Shown here piece by piece: positions 53,028 to 63,163 of a stretch of 64,000 bases of DNA (the stretch's first letter is position 1; every line of letters begins with the position of its first letter). This DNA comes from Gemmatimonadota bacterium (GTDB lineage: Bacteria > Gemmatimonadota > Gemmatimonadetes > Gemmatimonadales > GWC2-71-9): positions 27,142-91,141 of the forward strand of contig JANLPG010000095.1 of the NCBI GenBank assembly GCA_031367105.1, given 5' to 3'. The position numbers were made by a program, and so were the translations under genes. Below the pieces are notes generated by a model. The model searched no databases. It was given only the letters and a program-made list of their open reading frames with translations, and was not told the DNA's origin.

Positions 53028-54139
53028 AGCGCATTGCGCTGCTCGGATCGACCGGCTCGATCGGCGTCACCGCGCTCCGCGTCCTCGATCGCCATCGTGA
53101 CGCGTTCGAACTGATCGCACTGGTGGCCGGGTCGAACCGGGAGCGCCTCGCCGAACAGGTGGCTGTGTGGAACCCACGATACGCCGGGCTCGTAGGCGGC
53201 AATGGTGATTCGCAATTCCCGTCGGGGCCGGAGACGCTGATCGAAGCGGCCACCCGCCCCGATATCGACATCGTGATCAATGCAGTGGTCGGTTCGGCCG
53301 GGCTCGACGCAACGCTGGCGGCACTCCGGGCCGGGAAGCGAGTCGCCTTGGCCAACAAGGAGACACTGGTCACGGCCGGGCCGCTGGTGGCCGAAGCGGC
53401 CAAGCAGGGCGGGGGAGAAGTGGTTCCGATCGACTCGGAGCACAGCGCCGTGCTGCAGTGCATCGTGGCGCAGGGGGCCGAGCCGTCACGGGTCATCCTG
53501 ACCGCTTCCGGTGGCCCCTTCCGGACCTGGGATCGCGAGAAGCTGGAGCAGGCCACGGTGGCCGAGGCGCTCAACCACCCGACGTGGCAGATGGGCGCAA
53601 AAATCACCGTGGATTCGGCAACGCTGGCGAACAAGGCGCTCGAAGTGATCGAGGCGCACTTTCTCTTCGGGCTGAGCTACGACGCGATCGACGTGATCGT
53701 GCACCCCCAGAGCATTGTCCACGCCTTCGTCGAGTTTCCTGATGGGAGCGTCCTGGCGCAGGTCGGCTTCCCTTCGATGGAAGTGCCGATTTTGTACGCC
53801 CTCACGCATCCCGGTCGTCTTAGCGACGGTGGGGTCCGGCGTTTCGATCCTGTCGCAGCCGGATCGCTCACCTTCGAACCGGTGCGGCGGGAGTGCTTCG
53901 GAGCGTTCACGCTCGGGGTGGCCGCCGGGCGAACGGGCGGAACAGCGCCCGCAGCGTTCAATGCCGGGAATGAGGTGGCTGTGGCAGCATTTCTCGACGG
54001 TCGGATTCCGTTCGGTCGCATTCCCACCGTGATCGAGGCAGCACTCCGGCGTCACGATGACGCCGGCACCATCACGCTCGATGCCGTGCGGGCCGCCGAT
54101 ACGGCGGCGCGGCGTCACGCAGAGGAAGCAGTCGAATGA
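53024..54139 (+). CDS. dxr: 1-deoxy-D-xylulose 5-phosphate reductoisomerase
   Basis: 371 aa: IALLGSTGSIGVTAL, LANKETLV, PIDSEHSA, NHPTWQMGAKITVDSATLANKALEVIEA. Confidence 0.95.
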   Translation: MKRIALLGSTGSIGVTALRVLDRHRDAFELIALVAGSNRERLAEQVAVWNPRYAGLVGGNGDSQFPSGPETLIEAATRPDIDIVINAVVGSAGLDATLAALRAGKRVALANKETLVTAGPLVAEAAKQGGGEVVPIDSEHSAVLQCIVAQGAEPSRVILTASGGPFRTWDREKLEQATVAEALNHPTWQMGAKITVDSATLANKALEVIEAHFLFGLSYDAIDVIVHPQSIVHAFVEFPDGSVLAQVGFPSMEVPILYALTHPGRLSDGGVRRFDPVAAGSLTFEPVRRECFGAFTLGVAAGRTGGTAPAAFNAGNEVAVAAFLDGRIPFGRIPTVIEAALRRHDDAGTITLDAVRAADTAARRHAEEAVE

Positions 54140-55506
54140 GCGGGTTTCTCTTCACGGTGGCAATTCTCGCGGTTGTGCTCGGCGTGCTCGTTTTCGTCCA
54201 CGAGCTCGGGCACTATATGGCGGCCAAGGCCTTCGGCGTCTGGGTGCATCGCTTCGCCATCGGCATCGGCAAGCCGATCAAGGGGCTGACCTTCCAGCGC
54301 GGCGAGACCGAGTGGGCGATCGCCTGGCTCCCACTCGGCGGCTACGTGAAAATGGCGTCCCGCGAGGAGGACCCGGCGTCGTCGGTGCTTGAAGGCGGCT
54401 CGGCGGCCGAGGTGCCCGCCGATCGCGTGTTCGAGGCGAAGCCGATCTGGCAGCGGATGGTCATCATTCTCGCCGGCGTCACGCTGAACGCCCTGTTCGC
54501 GTTCGTGATATTCACCGGGCTCGCCTTCAAGAACGGTCGTCAGTATGACCCGACCACCACGATCGGGCACGTGGCGGGCGAAAGACTTCCGGCGGCGGCC
54601 AACGCACTTGCCGCGCTTGAATCGGGCACGCGCATCACGGCCATTGATGGCGAGGCCGTGGCATCGTGGGACGACATCGTCGACCGACTGACCTCCGCGA
54701 AGCGCAATGAGATCGCCTTCACCTTCGCCAATCACGCGCCAGTCACCGTGCAACTCCACCGCGACGCGCTCGCGGAGCGCGGCCAGCTGGTCACCGCGCT
54801 CGAACCGCTGCATCCGGCCGTGATCGGGAGCGTGTCGCCCAACTATCCCGCCCTCGCTGCCGGCATTGCGGCGGGCGATTCGATCGTCACGATCGATGGC
54901 ACGCCGATCGGCCAGTGGTCCGAAGCGGTCGAGAAGATCAAGGCGGCGCCGGGTCACGAACTGCGAATCGCGGTGAGCCGTGCGGGAGTGATCCAGACGT
55001 TCGCGGTCACCCCCAAGGCGGAGCGGGAACTGAAGGGAGACAGTTCGACGGCGATGATCGGGCGGATCGGCGCGATGGTGCGCACCCCGTACCAGCGAAT
55101 TTCGCTGGGCATCGGCGGCGCACTCCGGGCTGGGTCCGAGGCCACGATCACTTCGGCCGGGACGATTTTCCAGACCTTTCGTGGGCTGGTGACGCGCAAG
55201 ATCAGCAGCAAGGAGATCGGCGGTCCGATCCTGATCGGTCAGATGGCGGCGCAGCAGGCGCGGGCCGGCCTCGACAACTTCCTCGCCTTCATGGCGCTGA
55301 TCTCGGTGAATCTGGCGGTGGTGAACCTGCTGCCGATTCCGGTGCTCGATGGCGGCGCCTTCCTGATGCTTGTGATCGAAGGGTTGATCCGTCGACCGCT
55401 GCCGAACAGGCTGCGGGAAGCGGTTACGCTGGTCGGACTTGGCCTGGTGGTGTTGCTGATGGTGCTGGCGTTCAGCAATGACATCGGGCGGCTGATCGGG
55501 CGGTAA
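54136..55506 (+). CDS. rseP: RIP metalloprotease RseP (site-2 protease)
   Basis: 456 aa with HELGHY zinc motif at the N-terminus, internal PDZ-like regions and C-terminal LNLLPIPVLDGG. Confidence 0.92.
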   Translation: MSGFLFTVAILAVVLGVLVFVHELGHYMAAKAFGVWVHRFAIGIGKPIKGLTFQRGETEWAIAWLPLGGYVKMASREEDPASSVLEGGSAAEVPADRVFEAKPIWQRMVIILAGVTLNALFAFVIFTGLAFKNGRQYDPTTTIGHVAGERLPAAANALAALESGTRITAIDGEAVASWDDIVDRLTSAKRNEIAFTFANHAPVTVQLHRDALAERGQLVTALEPLHPAVIGSVSPNYPALAAGIAAGDSIVTIDGTPIGQWSEAVEKIKAAPGHELRIAVSRAGVIQTFAVTPKAERELKGDSSTAMIGRIGAMVRTPYQRISLGIGGALRAGSEATITSAGTIFQTFRGLVTRKISSKEIGGPILIGQMAAQQARAGLDNFLAFMALISVNLAVVNLLPIPVLDGGAFLMLVIEGLIRRPLPNRLREAVTLVGLGLVVLLMVLAFSNDIGRLIGR

Positions 55507-55587
55507 TTTCGGCGTAGGGGGTGTCCGACGCAGGGTAGCAGAGCCCGGCGCGTGCCAGGCAGCCGCGGGTGCCCGAAAATCGGTCAG

Positions 55588-55608
55588 CCACCATCCACCA
55601 TCCACCAT
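55588..55608. repeat. perfect tandem heptamer CCACCAT x3
   Basis: ccaccat ccaccat ccaccat read directly at 55588-55608 in the rseP-rpsO intergenic region, 15 nt upstream of the candidate -35. Confidence 0.9.
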
Positions 55609-55622
55609 CCCGCTCTCAGGAC

Positions 55623-55652
55623 TTGCCCGCAATTGGAGGCCTGGGCTATATT
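55623..55652 (+). promoter_or_regulatory. candidate sigma70-type promoter for rpsO-pnp
   Basis: TTGCCC (55623-55628), 18-nt spacer, TATATT (55647-55652), about 65 nt upstream of the rpsO ATG. Confidence 0.4.
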
Positions 55653-55716
55653 GCGAGGCTATCCAAGCGAACCTAAGTGTAAGCGCAGCATTGACTCAGG
55701 GCAGGAACAACACGGT

Positions 55717-55974
55717 ATGATCGAGAAGCAGACTGTCATCGAGAAGCACCGCCTGCATGGCGAAGATACCGGCTCCGCCCGGGTCCAGGTCGCCCTGCTG
55801 ACGACGCGTATCAACAGCCTCACCGAGCACTTCCGGACCCACGCGAAGGACCATCACGGTCGCCGTGGCCTCCTGAAGATGGTCGGAACCCGGCGCCGGC
55901 TCTTGAATTATCTCAAGGGCAACGACATCTCGACCTACCGCGCCCTGGTCACTGAACTCGGCCTCCGGAACTGA
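55717..55974 (+). CDS. rpsO: 30S ribosomal protein S15
   Basis: 85 aa: ...[53 protein letters not shown]. Internal ATG 55717 gives canonical length. Confidence 0.95.
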   Translation: MIEKQTVIEKHRLHGEDTGSARVQVALLTTRINSLTEHFRTHAKDHHGRRGLLKMVGTRRRLLNYLKGNDISTYRALVTELGLRN

Positions 55975-55993
55975 ACCGCGGCTGAAACTGCAA

Positions 55994-56030
55994 GGCGTCC
56001 CACGCGAGCACCGTGGGACGCTTTCCGTTT
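55994..56030 (+). terminator. rpsO terminator / pnp leader hairpin
   Basis: gcgtcccacg (55995-56004) pairs with cgtgggacgc (56012-56021), followed by tttccgttt. This is the position of the known rpsO terminator/RNase III hairpin in other bacteria. Confidence 0.7.
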
Positions 56031-56060
56031 ATGGGTGCTCAAACGCAGTGAAGGAAATCC

Positions 56061-58142
56061 GTGCATCGTATTGAAACGCAGTTCGCAGGCCGCCCGCTGG
56101 TCATCGAGACCGGCCGCCTCGCCAAGCAGGCCGCAGGATCGGTTCTGGTCCAGTATGGAGAGACCACCGTCCTCGCCGCCGTCACCGTCTCCCCCAACAT
56201 CACGCATCTCCCGTTCTTTCCATTGACGGTCGAGTACAAGGAGAAGACCTACGCCGCGGGCAAGATCCCGGGTGGGTTCCTGAAGCGTGAAGGGCGTCCG
56301 TCGGATGACGAAATCCTCAATTGCCGCATCATCGACCGCTCCATCCGGCCGCTCTTCCCGGAGGGATTCCGTCACGAGGTGCAGGTGTTCGTCACGGTGT
56401 TGTCAACCGACCAGGAGAACGAATCGGATGTGATCGGCGTCCTGGCGGCATCCGCCGCGCTCTCGATCTCCGGAATTCCGTGGAACGGCCCGATTGCCGC
56501 CGCTCGCGTCGGCAAGGTCGAGAACAACTGGATCCTGAATCCGACGTTCCAGCAGCTGGAGTTCTCGACGCTCGACCTGATCGTGGCCGGGCTCGACGAC
56601 TCGATCATGATGGTCGAGGGTGGCGCACTCGAGGTCAGCGAAGCCGAGATCCTCGACGGCCTCAAGGTCGCGCAGGTCGGCATCAAGGAGCAGGTCAAGC
56701 TGATCGCCGACCTGGTCAAGAAGGCCGGCAAGCCGACGATGAAGTGGGAAGGACCCACCAAGAACGCCGAGCTGGTCAAGGCGGTGAAGGCTGCGGCCGA
56801 GAAGTCGATGGCCAAGGCGATGAACGCCAAGGACAAGGCCGGGCGCGCCGCCGGGATCCGCGGCATCCGCGACGAGGTCAAGGCGAAGCTGCTCGAGACC
56901 TTTCCCGAGGGCGCCAAGGAAATCGGCAACGAGCTCGAGGAAATCGAGTACACAGTGATGCGGGCCCAGATTCTCGACAAGGGTGAGCGCATCGACGGTC
57001 GCGACGGCACGACCGTCCGCCAGATCACCCCGGAAGTCGGTGTCGTTCCCCGCGTACACGGCTCGGCGGTATTCACCCGTGGTGAAACGCAGGCGTTCGT
57101 GGCCGTCACGCTCGGCACCGCCGACGACGAGCAGCGGATCGATTCCATCGAAGTGCCGGGTGAGTCGAAGAAGTCGTTCATGCTCCACTACAACTTCCCG
57201 CCGTACTCGACCGGCGAAGTCCGTCCGCTGCGTGGCACCTCGCGTCGCGAGATCGGTCACGGCGCGCTGGCGGAGCGGGCGATTCATCCGCTCCTGCCGG
57301 CCACGGCCGACTTCCCCTACACCATCCGGATCGTCTCGGAAATTCTCGAGTCGAATGGGTCGTCCTCGATGGCCACCGTCTGCGGCAGCTCGCTGGCGCT
57401 GATGGAAGCCGGTGTGCCAATCAAGGCCGCCTGCGCTGGGGTAGCGATGGGGTTGATCAAGGAAGGCGATCGCGTCGCCATCCTTACCGACATCCTCGGC
57501 ACCGAAGACCACCTCGGTGATATGGACTTCAAGGTGGCCGGGACGGAGCAGGGGATCACCTCCATCCAGATGGATATCAAGATTCAGGGGCTCTCGCACG
57601 AGATCATGAAGACCGCGCTGGAACAGGCGCACAAGGGCCGGCTGCATATCCTCGCGGAAATGAACAAGGTCCTCGCCACCCCGCGCGACGAGATGTCGCC
57701 GTGGGCGCCGCGAATCTTCACGATCCAGATCAAGCCGGACAAGATCGGCGACGTGATCGGCCCGAAGGGCAAGACCATCCGCGGCATTCAGGATGCGTCG
57801 GGCGCCAAGGTCAACATCGACGACACCGGTCTCATCACGATCGCCGCCGTGGGGGCCGAAGCTGGCGCCAAGGCGCGCGAGATGGTGATGGGGATCGTCG
57901 CCGAGCCGATCGTCGGGACGATCTACACCGGGCCGATCAAGAGCATCACGGCCTTCGGTGCCTTCGTCGAGATCATGCCGGGTGTCGAAGGACTCCTGCA
58001 CATCTCGGAAATCGACCACAAGCGGGTCGAGAAGACCGAGGACGTCCTCAAGAAGGGCGAGATGGTCACGGTGAAGTTGCTGGAAGTGGATGAGCGCGGC
58101 CGGATGCGCCTGTCCCGGAAGGCACTCCTCCCGAAGGAATGA
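56061..58142 (+). CDS. pnp: polyribonucleotide nucleotidyltransferase (PNPase)
   Basis: 693 aa with two RNase PH domains (...REGRPSDDEILNCRIIDRSIRPLFP..., GSSSMATVCGSSLALMEAGVP), KH (GPKGKTIRGIQDASGAKV) and S1 (GAFVEIMPGVEGLLHISE). Confidence 0.96.
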   Translation: MHRIETQFAGRPLVIETGRLAKQAAGSVLVQYGETTVLAAVTVSPNITHLPFFPLTVEYKEKTYAAGKIPGGFLKREGRPSDDEILNCRIIDRSIRPLFPEGFRHEVQVFVTVLSTDQENESDVIGVLAASAALSISGIPWNGPIAAARVGKVENNWILNPTFQQLEFSTLDLIVAGLDDSIMMVEGGALEVSEAEILDGLKVAQVGIKEQVKLIADLVKKAGKPTMKWEGPTKNAELVKAVKAAAEKSMAKAMNAKDKAGRAAGIRGIRDEVKAKLLETFPEGAKEIGNELEEIEYTVMRAQILDKGERIDGRDGTTVRQITPEVGVVPRVHGSAVFTRGETQAFVAVTLGTADDEQRIDSIEVPGESKKSFMLHYNFPPYSTGEVRPLRGTSRREIGHGALAERAIHPLLPATADFPYTIRIVSEILESNGSSSMATVCGSSLALMEAGVPIKAACAGVAMGLIKEGDRVAILTDILGTEDHLGDMDFKVAGTEQGITSIQMDIKIQGLSHEIMKTALEQAHKGRLHILAEMNKVLATPRDEMSPWAPRIFTIQIKPDKIGDVIGPKGKTIRGIQDASGAKVNIDDTGLITIAAVGAEAGAKAREMVMGIVAEPIVGTIYTGPIKSITAFGAFVEIMPGVEGLLHISEIDHKRVEKTEDVLKKGEMVTVKLLEVDERGRMRLSRKALLPKE

Positions 58143-59407
58143 GCACTCCGTCGGTGCGTACCGTCCAGCTTGACGACGCGCTCTTTCGCACCGACGCCCC
58201 GAACGGACTCGTGGTCGTGACCGAACGCCTTCCCGGCGTTCGGTCCGCGGCCGCCGGGATCTGGGTCCGGTCGGCCAGCGGGCACGAGGCCCGCGCCAAG
58301 ATGGGAGTTTCCCACCTCCTCGAACATATGGTCTTCAAGGGCACCGAACGTCGCACCGCGCGGGACATTGCGGTGTCGCTCGAGGCCCGAGGTGGTTCGC
58401 TTGACGCCTACACCTCCCGGGATACCACGTCCTTTCAGGCCCACGTGCTCGACGCCGATCTTCCGCTGGCGCTTGATGTGCTGACCGACCTGGTCCGCAA
58501 GCCGCTGTTGCGCGAGAGCGATCTCGAGCTCGAACGGAACGTGGTGCTCGAGGAGTTGAACGGCGTGCAGGACACCCCAGACGACCTGGTATTCGAACTC
58601 TGGGGCGAGACCCTCTGGCCCGACCATCCCTACGGCTTCTCCATTCTCGGCACCGCCGAGACCGTGGGCAACCTTGACACGTCTGACCTGCGTGAGCTGC
58701 ACACCAGTAACTACTATCCCGGCAACTGCGTCATCGCGGTGGCCGGGCACGTTGAGCACAGCCAGGTGCTCGGGCTGCTCGCCGGGCTCGGCTGGTTCGA
58801 AGGAACGGCCCAGGGGCCACGGCCCATCGTGGTGGCGGCACCCGCGGTGCGGGCCGCGACTCGTGTTGAAGTCAGCAAGCTGCAGCAGGTCCACGCCGTG
58901 CTGGGCACCGACAGCATCGCCGCCAACGACCCGCGCCGCTATGGTCTGGCATTGCTGGGCGCCGTGCTGGGGGGCGGGATGTCGAGCCGCCTCTTCCAGC
59001 GGGTGAGGGAAGAACTCGGGCTCTGCTACGCGGTCTACGCCTGGCACTCGGCGTACCGTGCCACGGGTACCTTTGGTGTGTATGTCGGCACGGCCCCGGC
59101 AACCGCCGATCAGGCGATCGCCGCCATTCGTGACGAGTTGGCGCTGATGTCGCGCGAGGGGCTGCCCAACGCCGACCTGATTGATGGGAAAGGCCAGCTG
59201 AAGGGCTCGTTGATGCTGGCATTGGAGAGCACGACGAGCCGGATGCATCGACTCGCGACACACGTACTGCAGGATGAACCGTACCGCCCCCTCGACGAGG
59301 TCCTTCGCCTCGTGGATGGTGTCACACGCGAGGAGTCGGTGGCGCTGGCTGCCGAGTTCCTCGCCCCCGAGCGGATGACGACCGTCCGCCTCGGACCGAC
59401 CCGTTGA
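58139..59407 (+). CDS. M16 family (pitrilysin/insulinase-like) zinc peptidase
   Basis: 422 aa with the inverted zinc motif HLLEHMVFKG (HxxEH) and a downstream E in LERNVVLEEL. Confidence 0.88.
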   Translation: MSTPSVRTVQLDDALFRTDAPNGLVVVTERLPGVRSAAAGIWVRSASGHEARAKMGVSHLLEHMVFKGTERRTARDIAVSLEARGGSLDAYTSRDTTSFQAHVLDADLPLALDVLTDLVRKPLLRESDLELERNVVLEELNGVQDTPDDLVFELWGETLWPDHPYGFSILGTAETVGNLDTSDLRELHTSNYYPGNCVIAVAGHVEHSQVLGLLAGLGWFEGTAQGPRPIVVAAPAVRAATRVEVSKLQQVHAVLGTDSIAANDPRRYGLALLGAVLGGGMSSRLFQRVREELGLCYAVYAWHSAYRATGTFGVYVGTAPATADQAIAAIRDELALMSREGLPNADLIDGKGQLKGSLMLALESTTSRMHRLATHVLQDEPYRPLDEVLRLVDGVTREESVALAAEFLAPERMTTVRLGPTR

Positions 59408-59447
59408 CCCTTTCGAGGCGCGCCACGAGCGCGCAAGCGAGATTGCG

Positions 59448-60560
59448 ATGCTGATTGGCGTGCCGAAGGAGATCAAGACCAACGAGAACCGTGTCGGGCT
59501 GGTGCCATCGGGGGTCGAAGCCCTCGTGCGCGAGGGTCACACCGTGCAGGTCGAGACCGGTGCCGGCCTCGGCAGCGGCTTTTCCGACGAGAACTACCTC
59601 GCGGCCGGTGCGACCATAGCGCCGGACGCCGATGCGACGTGGGCCAGGGCCGAGATGGTGATCAAGGTCAAGGAGCCGATCGCGGTCGAGTGGCCGCGGA
59701 TGCGTCCGGGCCTGGTGATGTACACCTACTTTCACTTCGCCGCCGATGAACCACTGACCCGCGCGGTGATGAAGTCGGGCGCGATCGCGGTGGCCTATGA
59801 GACCGTGCAGCTCCCCGGCGGTCAGCTGCCGTTGCTGACGCCGATGTCGGAAGTCGCGGGACGCCTCGCGGTGCAGGAAGGCGCCAAGTACAACGAGAAG
59901 CTGTACGGCGGCCGTGGTGTGCTGCTGGGCGGCGTTCCGGGCGTGAAGCCGGCCAAGGTGGTGATCATCGGCGGCGGCGTCGTCGGCATCAACGCGGCGA
60001 AGATGGCGGCGGGCCTCGGCGCGGACGTGACCCTGCTCGACAACTCGCTCGACCGGCTTCGCTATCTCGACGACGTGCTGCCGGCCAATGTCGACACCGT
60101 GTTCTCCAACCGTCACAACATTCTCGACGCTGTGAAGGACGCCGACCTGATCATCGGTGCGGTGCTCATCCCGGGGAAGAAGGCGCCCCACCTGATTACC
60201 AGGGAAGACCTCAAGGGCATTCCCGACGGCTGCGTGATCGTGGATGTTGCCGTCGACCAGGGTGGTTGTGTCGAGACCATCAAGCCAACCACACACGAAA
60301 ATCCGACGTACTTTGTGGAAGGCGTGCTGCACTATGCCGTGGCGAATATGCCAGGTGCGGTACCGCGCACCTCCACGCTGGCGCTCACCAACGCCACGCT
60401 GCCATATGCCATCACGCTGGCGAACCTGGGGTGGAAAGAAGCGTGCAAGCGGGACAACGCGCTCAAGCTTGGCCTCAACGTGGTCGACGGCAAGATCGTG
60501 TACGCGGGTGTGGCGGAAGCGTTCGGACTCGAGTGCACCGACGTTGACTCCGTCCTCTAG
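59448..60560 (+). CDS. ald: alanine dehydrogenase
   Basis: 370 aa: [23 protein letters not shown]..., Rossmann [32 protein letters not shown]. Confidence 0.94.
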   Translation: MLIGVPKEIKTNENRVGLVPSGVEALVREGHTVQVETGAGLGSGFSDENYLAAGATIAPDADATWARAEMVIKVKEPIAVEWPRMRPGLVMYTYFHFAADEPLTRAVMKSGAIAVAYETVQLPGGQLPLLTPMSEVAGRLAVQEGAKYNEKLYGGRGVLLGGVPGVKPAKVVIIGGGVVGINAAKMAAGLGADVTLLDNSLDRLRYLDDVLPANVDTVFSNRHNILDAVKDADLIIGAVLIPGKKAPHLITREDLKGIPDGCVIVDVAVDQGGCVETIKPTTHENPTYFVEGVLHYAVANMPGAVPRTSTLALTNATLPYAITLANLGWKEACKRDNALKLGLNVVDGKIVYAGVAEAFGLECTDVDSVL

Positions 60561-60588
60561 TTCGGCTCAGGGCATTCAACTCCTCGTC

Positions 60589-61008
60589 GTGCGATTGCCG
60601 CACGGCGAGGGGTTGCCACTTCCGACCCGGGCGACCAGCGGTGCGGCAGGAATGGACATCGTGTCGGCGGTGGAGACGGTCCTTGCCCCGGGGGCGCGGG
60701 GGCTGGTGCCGACTGGGTTGTCAGTCGCGGTGCCCGATGGCTACGAGCTGCAGTTGCGGCCGAGGTCAGGGCTGGCGCTCAAGCACGGTATTACGCTGCC
60801 CAACACGCCCGCCACGATTGATTCAGATTATCGCGGAGAGTTGCAGGTGATCCTGATCAATCTGGGAAGTGAGCCGTTCGTGATTCACCGCGGCGACCGG
60901 ATTGCCCAGGCGCTGGTACAGAAGGTGGAGCCAGTGGAATTCGTGGAGGTTGCCGAACTGCCGCCCAGCGGGCGCGGGGCGGGGGGATTCGGGAGTACCG
61001 GGCGGTAG
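60589..61008 (+). CDS. dut: dUTP diphosphatase
   Basis: dUTPase motifs [31 protein letters not shown] and C-terminal [10 protein letters not shown]. Start uncertain: GTG 60589 is the first canonical start after the ald stop, and homology seems to extend a few codons upstream. Confidence 0.88.
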   Translation: MRLPHGEGLPLPTRATSGAAGMDIVSAVETVLAPGARGLVPTGLSVAVPDGYELQLRPRSGLALKHGITLPNTPATIDSDYRGELQVILINLGSEPFVIHRGDRIAQALVQKVEPVEFVEVAELPPSGRGAGGFGSTGR

Positions 61009-61131
61009 CTTGCCTCGATCGCATCGCCGCGGGGCGCGTTTCCCCTCAGGAAGTTGTGAGTAATCGCTCACCGGCCAGTATCGCGACACCCGAAGCCGCC
61101 GCATAACTCGCCGTCCCTCTTCACGTTGCGC

Positions 61132-61160
61132 TTGCCGAGCGGATGCTCTCCTCTTAGGTT
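61132..61160 (+). promoter_or_regulatory. candidate sigma70-type promoter for mreBCD-mrdA
   Basis: TTGCCG (61132-61137), 17-nt spacer, TAGGTT (61155-61160), about 30 nt upstream of the mreB GTG. Confidence 0.35.
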
Positions 61161-61190
61161 CGCAGCTAGACTCGACCGGCGGCTGCCTAC

Positions 61191-62222
61191 GTGAAATTTC
61201 CCAATTTTGGTTCCTTCCTCCCCGCCAATGAAATCGCGGTGGACCTCGGAACGGCCAACACCCTGATCTATGTCAAGGGTGAAGGGATCGTGCTCAACGA
61301 ACCCTCCGTCGTCGCCATCGAGAGGGCGACTGGCCGCGTCAAGGGGATCGGTCTCGAAGCGAAGCGAATGCTCGGGCGCACCCCGGAAGCGATCATCGCC
61401 GTCCGGCCGATGCGCGATGGCGTCATCGCGGATTTCGACGTCACCGAAAAGATGCTGCGCTACTTCCTCAAGACCATCATCGACAAGCACTTCTTCCGGG
61501 TGAAGCCGAAGGTCATTGTCGCGGTTCCCTCCGGCATCACCGAAGTCGAACGTCGTGCCGTGCGCGACTCGGCCGAAACCGCCGGTGCGAAGCAGGTGCT
61601 GATGGTCGCCGAACCGATGGCGGCCGCGATCGGCGTCGGGCTGCCGGTGGACACGCCGACCGGCAATATGGTGATCGACATTGGCGGTGGTACCACCGAG
61701 ATCGCCGTCATCGCGTTGAGCGGAATCGTCTCCGACACGTCGATCCGGATCGGCGGCGACGAGTTCGATCAGGCGATCGTGATGTTCATGCGCAAGAATT
61801 ACAACCTGCTGATCGGCGAACCCACCGCCGAACTGATCAAGATCAAGGTTGGCTCGGCGTACCCCTCCGGGGATGAGCGAGAAATGGAAGTGAAGGGCCG
61901 CGACCTCGTCTCGGGCATCCCCAAGACCGTCCGCGTGCACTCGACCGAGATCCGCGAGGCGGTCCAGGAGCCGGTCCAGCAGATCGTAGACGCCGTGCGG
62001 CGTGCGCTCGAAATCACTCCCCCCGAGCTGGCCTCGGATATCGTCGATCGGGGCATCGTGATGACCGGCGGCGGCGCCCTGATCCGCGGGCTGGACCTGC
62101 TCCTCTCGCAGGAGACCGGCCTGCCGATCCACGTCGACGAGGACCCCCTCACCTGTGTGGTGCGCGGGACCGGCCGGATCCTGGATGACTTCGAGAAGTA
62201 CCGCAGCGTTCTGACGACCTGA
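61191..62222 (+). CDS. mreB: rod shape-determining protein MreB
   Basis: 343 aa: ...[29 protein letters not shown]..., [26 protein letters not shown]. Confidence 0.96.
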   Translation: MKFPNFGSFLPANEIAVDLGTANTLIYVKGEGIVLNEPSVVAIERATGRVKGIGLEAKRMLGRTPEAIIAVRPMRDGVIADFDVTEKMLRYFLKTIIDKHFFRVKPKVIVAVPSGITEVERRAVRDSAETAGAKQVLMVAEPMAAAIGVGLPVDTPTGNMVIDIGGGTTEIAVIALSGIVSDTSIRIGGDEFDQAIVMFMRKNYNLLIGEPTAELIKIKVGSAYPSGDEREMEVKGRDLVSGIPKTVRVHSTEIREAVQEPVQQIVDAVRRALEITPPELASDIVDRGIVMTGGGALIRGLDLLLSQETGLPIHVDEDPLTCVVRGTGRILDDFEKYRSVLTT

Positions 62223-62224
62223 CG

Positions 62225-63163
62225 ATGCGCGGCCAGAGTGGGCGGGAGACAGCCCGCAGCGACCTGGTGCTGCTTGCCGGGTGCGTCGTGCTCGCCTTGC
62301 TCGCCCTCGCCTTGCCTCGCCCCTGGTCCGCTGCCCTGACCGCGACCATTCGTGAAACCGCCTTTCGCCCAGTCGTGGCGGTGCAGTCGCGCGCCGTCTC
62401 CGACCGCACCGCCCGCGAAGGGCTTCAGGCCATCGAACACACACGGGACTCACTGGCGCTGCTGGTACAGGATTTCTCGGCGACCGTCCGCGAAAACGGC
62501 AACCTGCGCGCCCTGCTCGCGCTCCGACCCAAGCTCACGCGTCGCTACCTCCCTGCCGAAATTCTTCACCAGCCCGCCATCACCGACGATCGAATGGCGT
62601 TGCTCGGCGTCGGATCGGTCGATGGGGTGAGGCAGTTCGATCCGCTGGTCACTGCCGATGGCCTGATCGGGTACATCTGGTCGGTCAGCAGCCATTCGAG
62701 TGCGGCCTATACCTGGGCCCATCCCGAGTTTCGCGCCGCTGCGGTCACTGGCGATGGCCGGGTGACTGGCCTGATATCGGCGAGTCCCAGCACCGATGCG
62801 AGTCGGACGGTACTGCAGTTGCGCGGGGTGGCGTTGCGCGACTCGCTGGCGATCGGGACACCGGTCTTCACGTCGGGGCTCGGGGGGGTCTTCCCCCGGG
62901 GTATCCCGATTGGCAGGATCAGTGCGATCGAACGCGACCAGTTCGGTTACGAGCGCGTCTATCGGGTCACGCCCTTCGCCCACCCTGCGCTGGCGACCCA
63001 CGTGCTGGTGCTGACCACTCCCCGGGATTCGCTGTTCCAGGCGTTCCCACCGTCCGATTCGGCCCGCAAGGTCGACTCGCGTCGGAAGGTCGATTCGCTC
63101 CGAGTGCGGGACTCCCTGAGGGAGGCGGCGACCATCCGCGTGATCAAGGACTCCGCCCGATGA
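62225..63163 (+). CDS. mreC: rod shape-determining protein MreC
   Basis: 312 aa with an N-terminal TM, a coiled coil (ENGNLRALL), beta-barrel domain motifs (VVTADGLIGYI, VFTSGLGGVFPRGIPIG) and a repetitive C-terminal tail. Sits between mreB and mreD. Confidence 0.85.
   Translation: MRGQSGRETARSDLVLLAGCVVLALLALALPRPWSAALTATIRETAFRPVVAVQSRAVSDRTAREGLQAIEHTRDSLALLVQDFSATVRENGNLRALLALRPKLTRRYLPAEILHQPAITDDRMALLGVGSVDGVRQFDPLVTADGLIGYIWSVSSHSSAAYTWAHPEFRAAAVTGDGRVTGLISASPSTDASRTVLQLRGVALRDSLAIGTPVFTSGLGGVFPRGIPIGRISAIERDQFGYERVYRVTPFAHPALATHVLVLTTPRDSLFQAFPPSDSARKVDSRRKVDSLRVRDSLREAATIRVIKDSAR

Noticed and set aside
56403-58019. 538-aa minus-strand ORF
   Set aside because: It is antisense to pnp. 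The same reasoning applies: GC-driven shadow ORF with a low-complexity translation.
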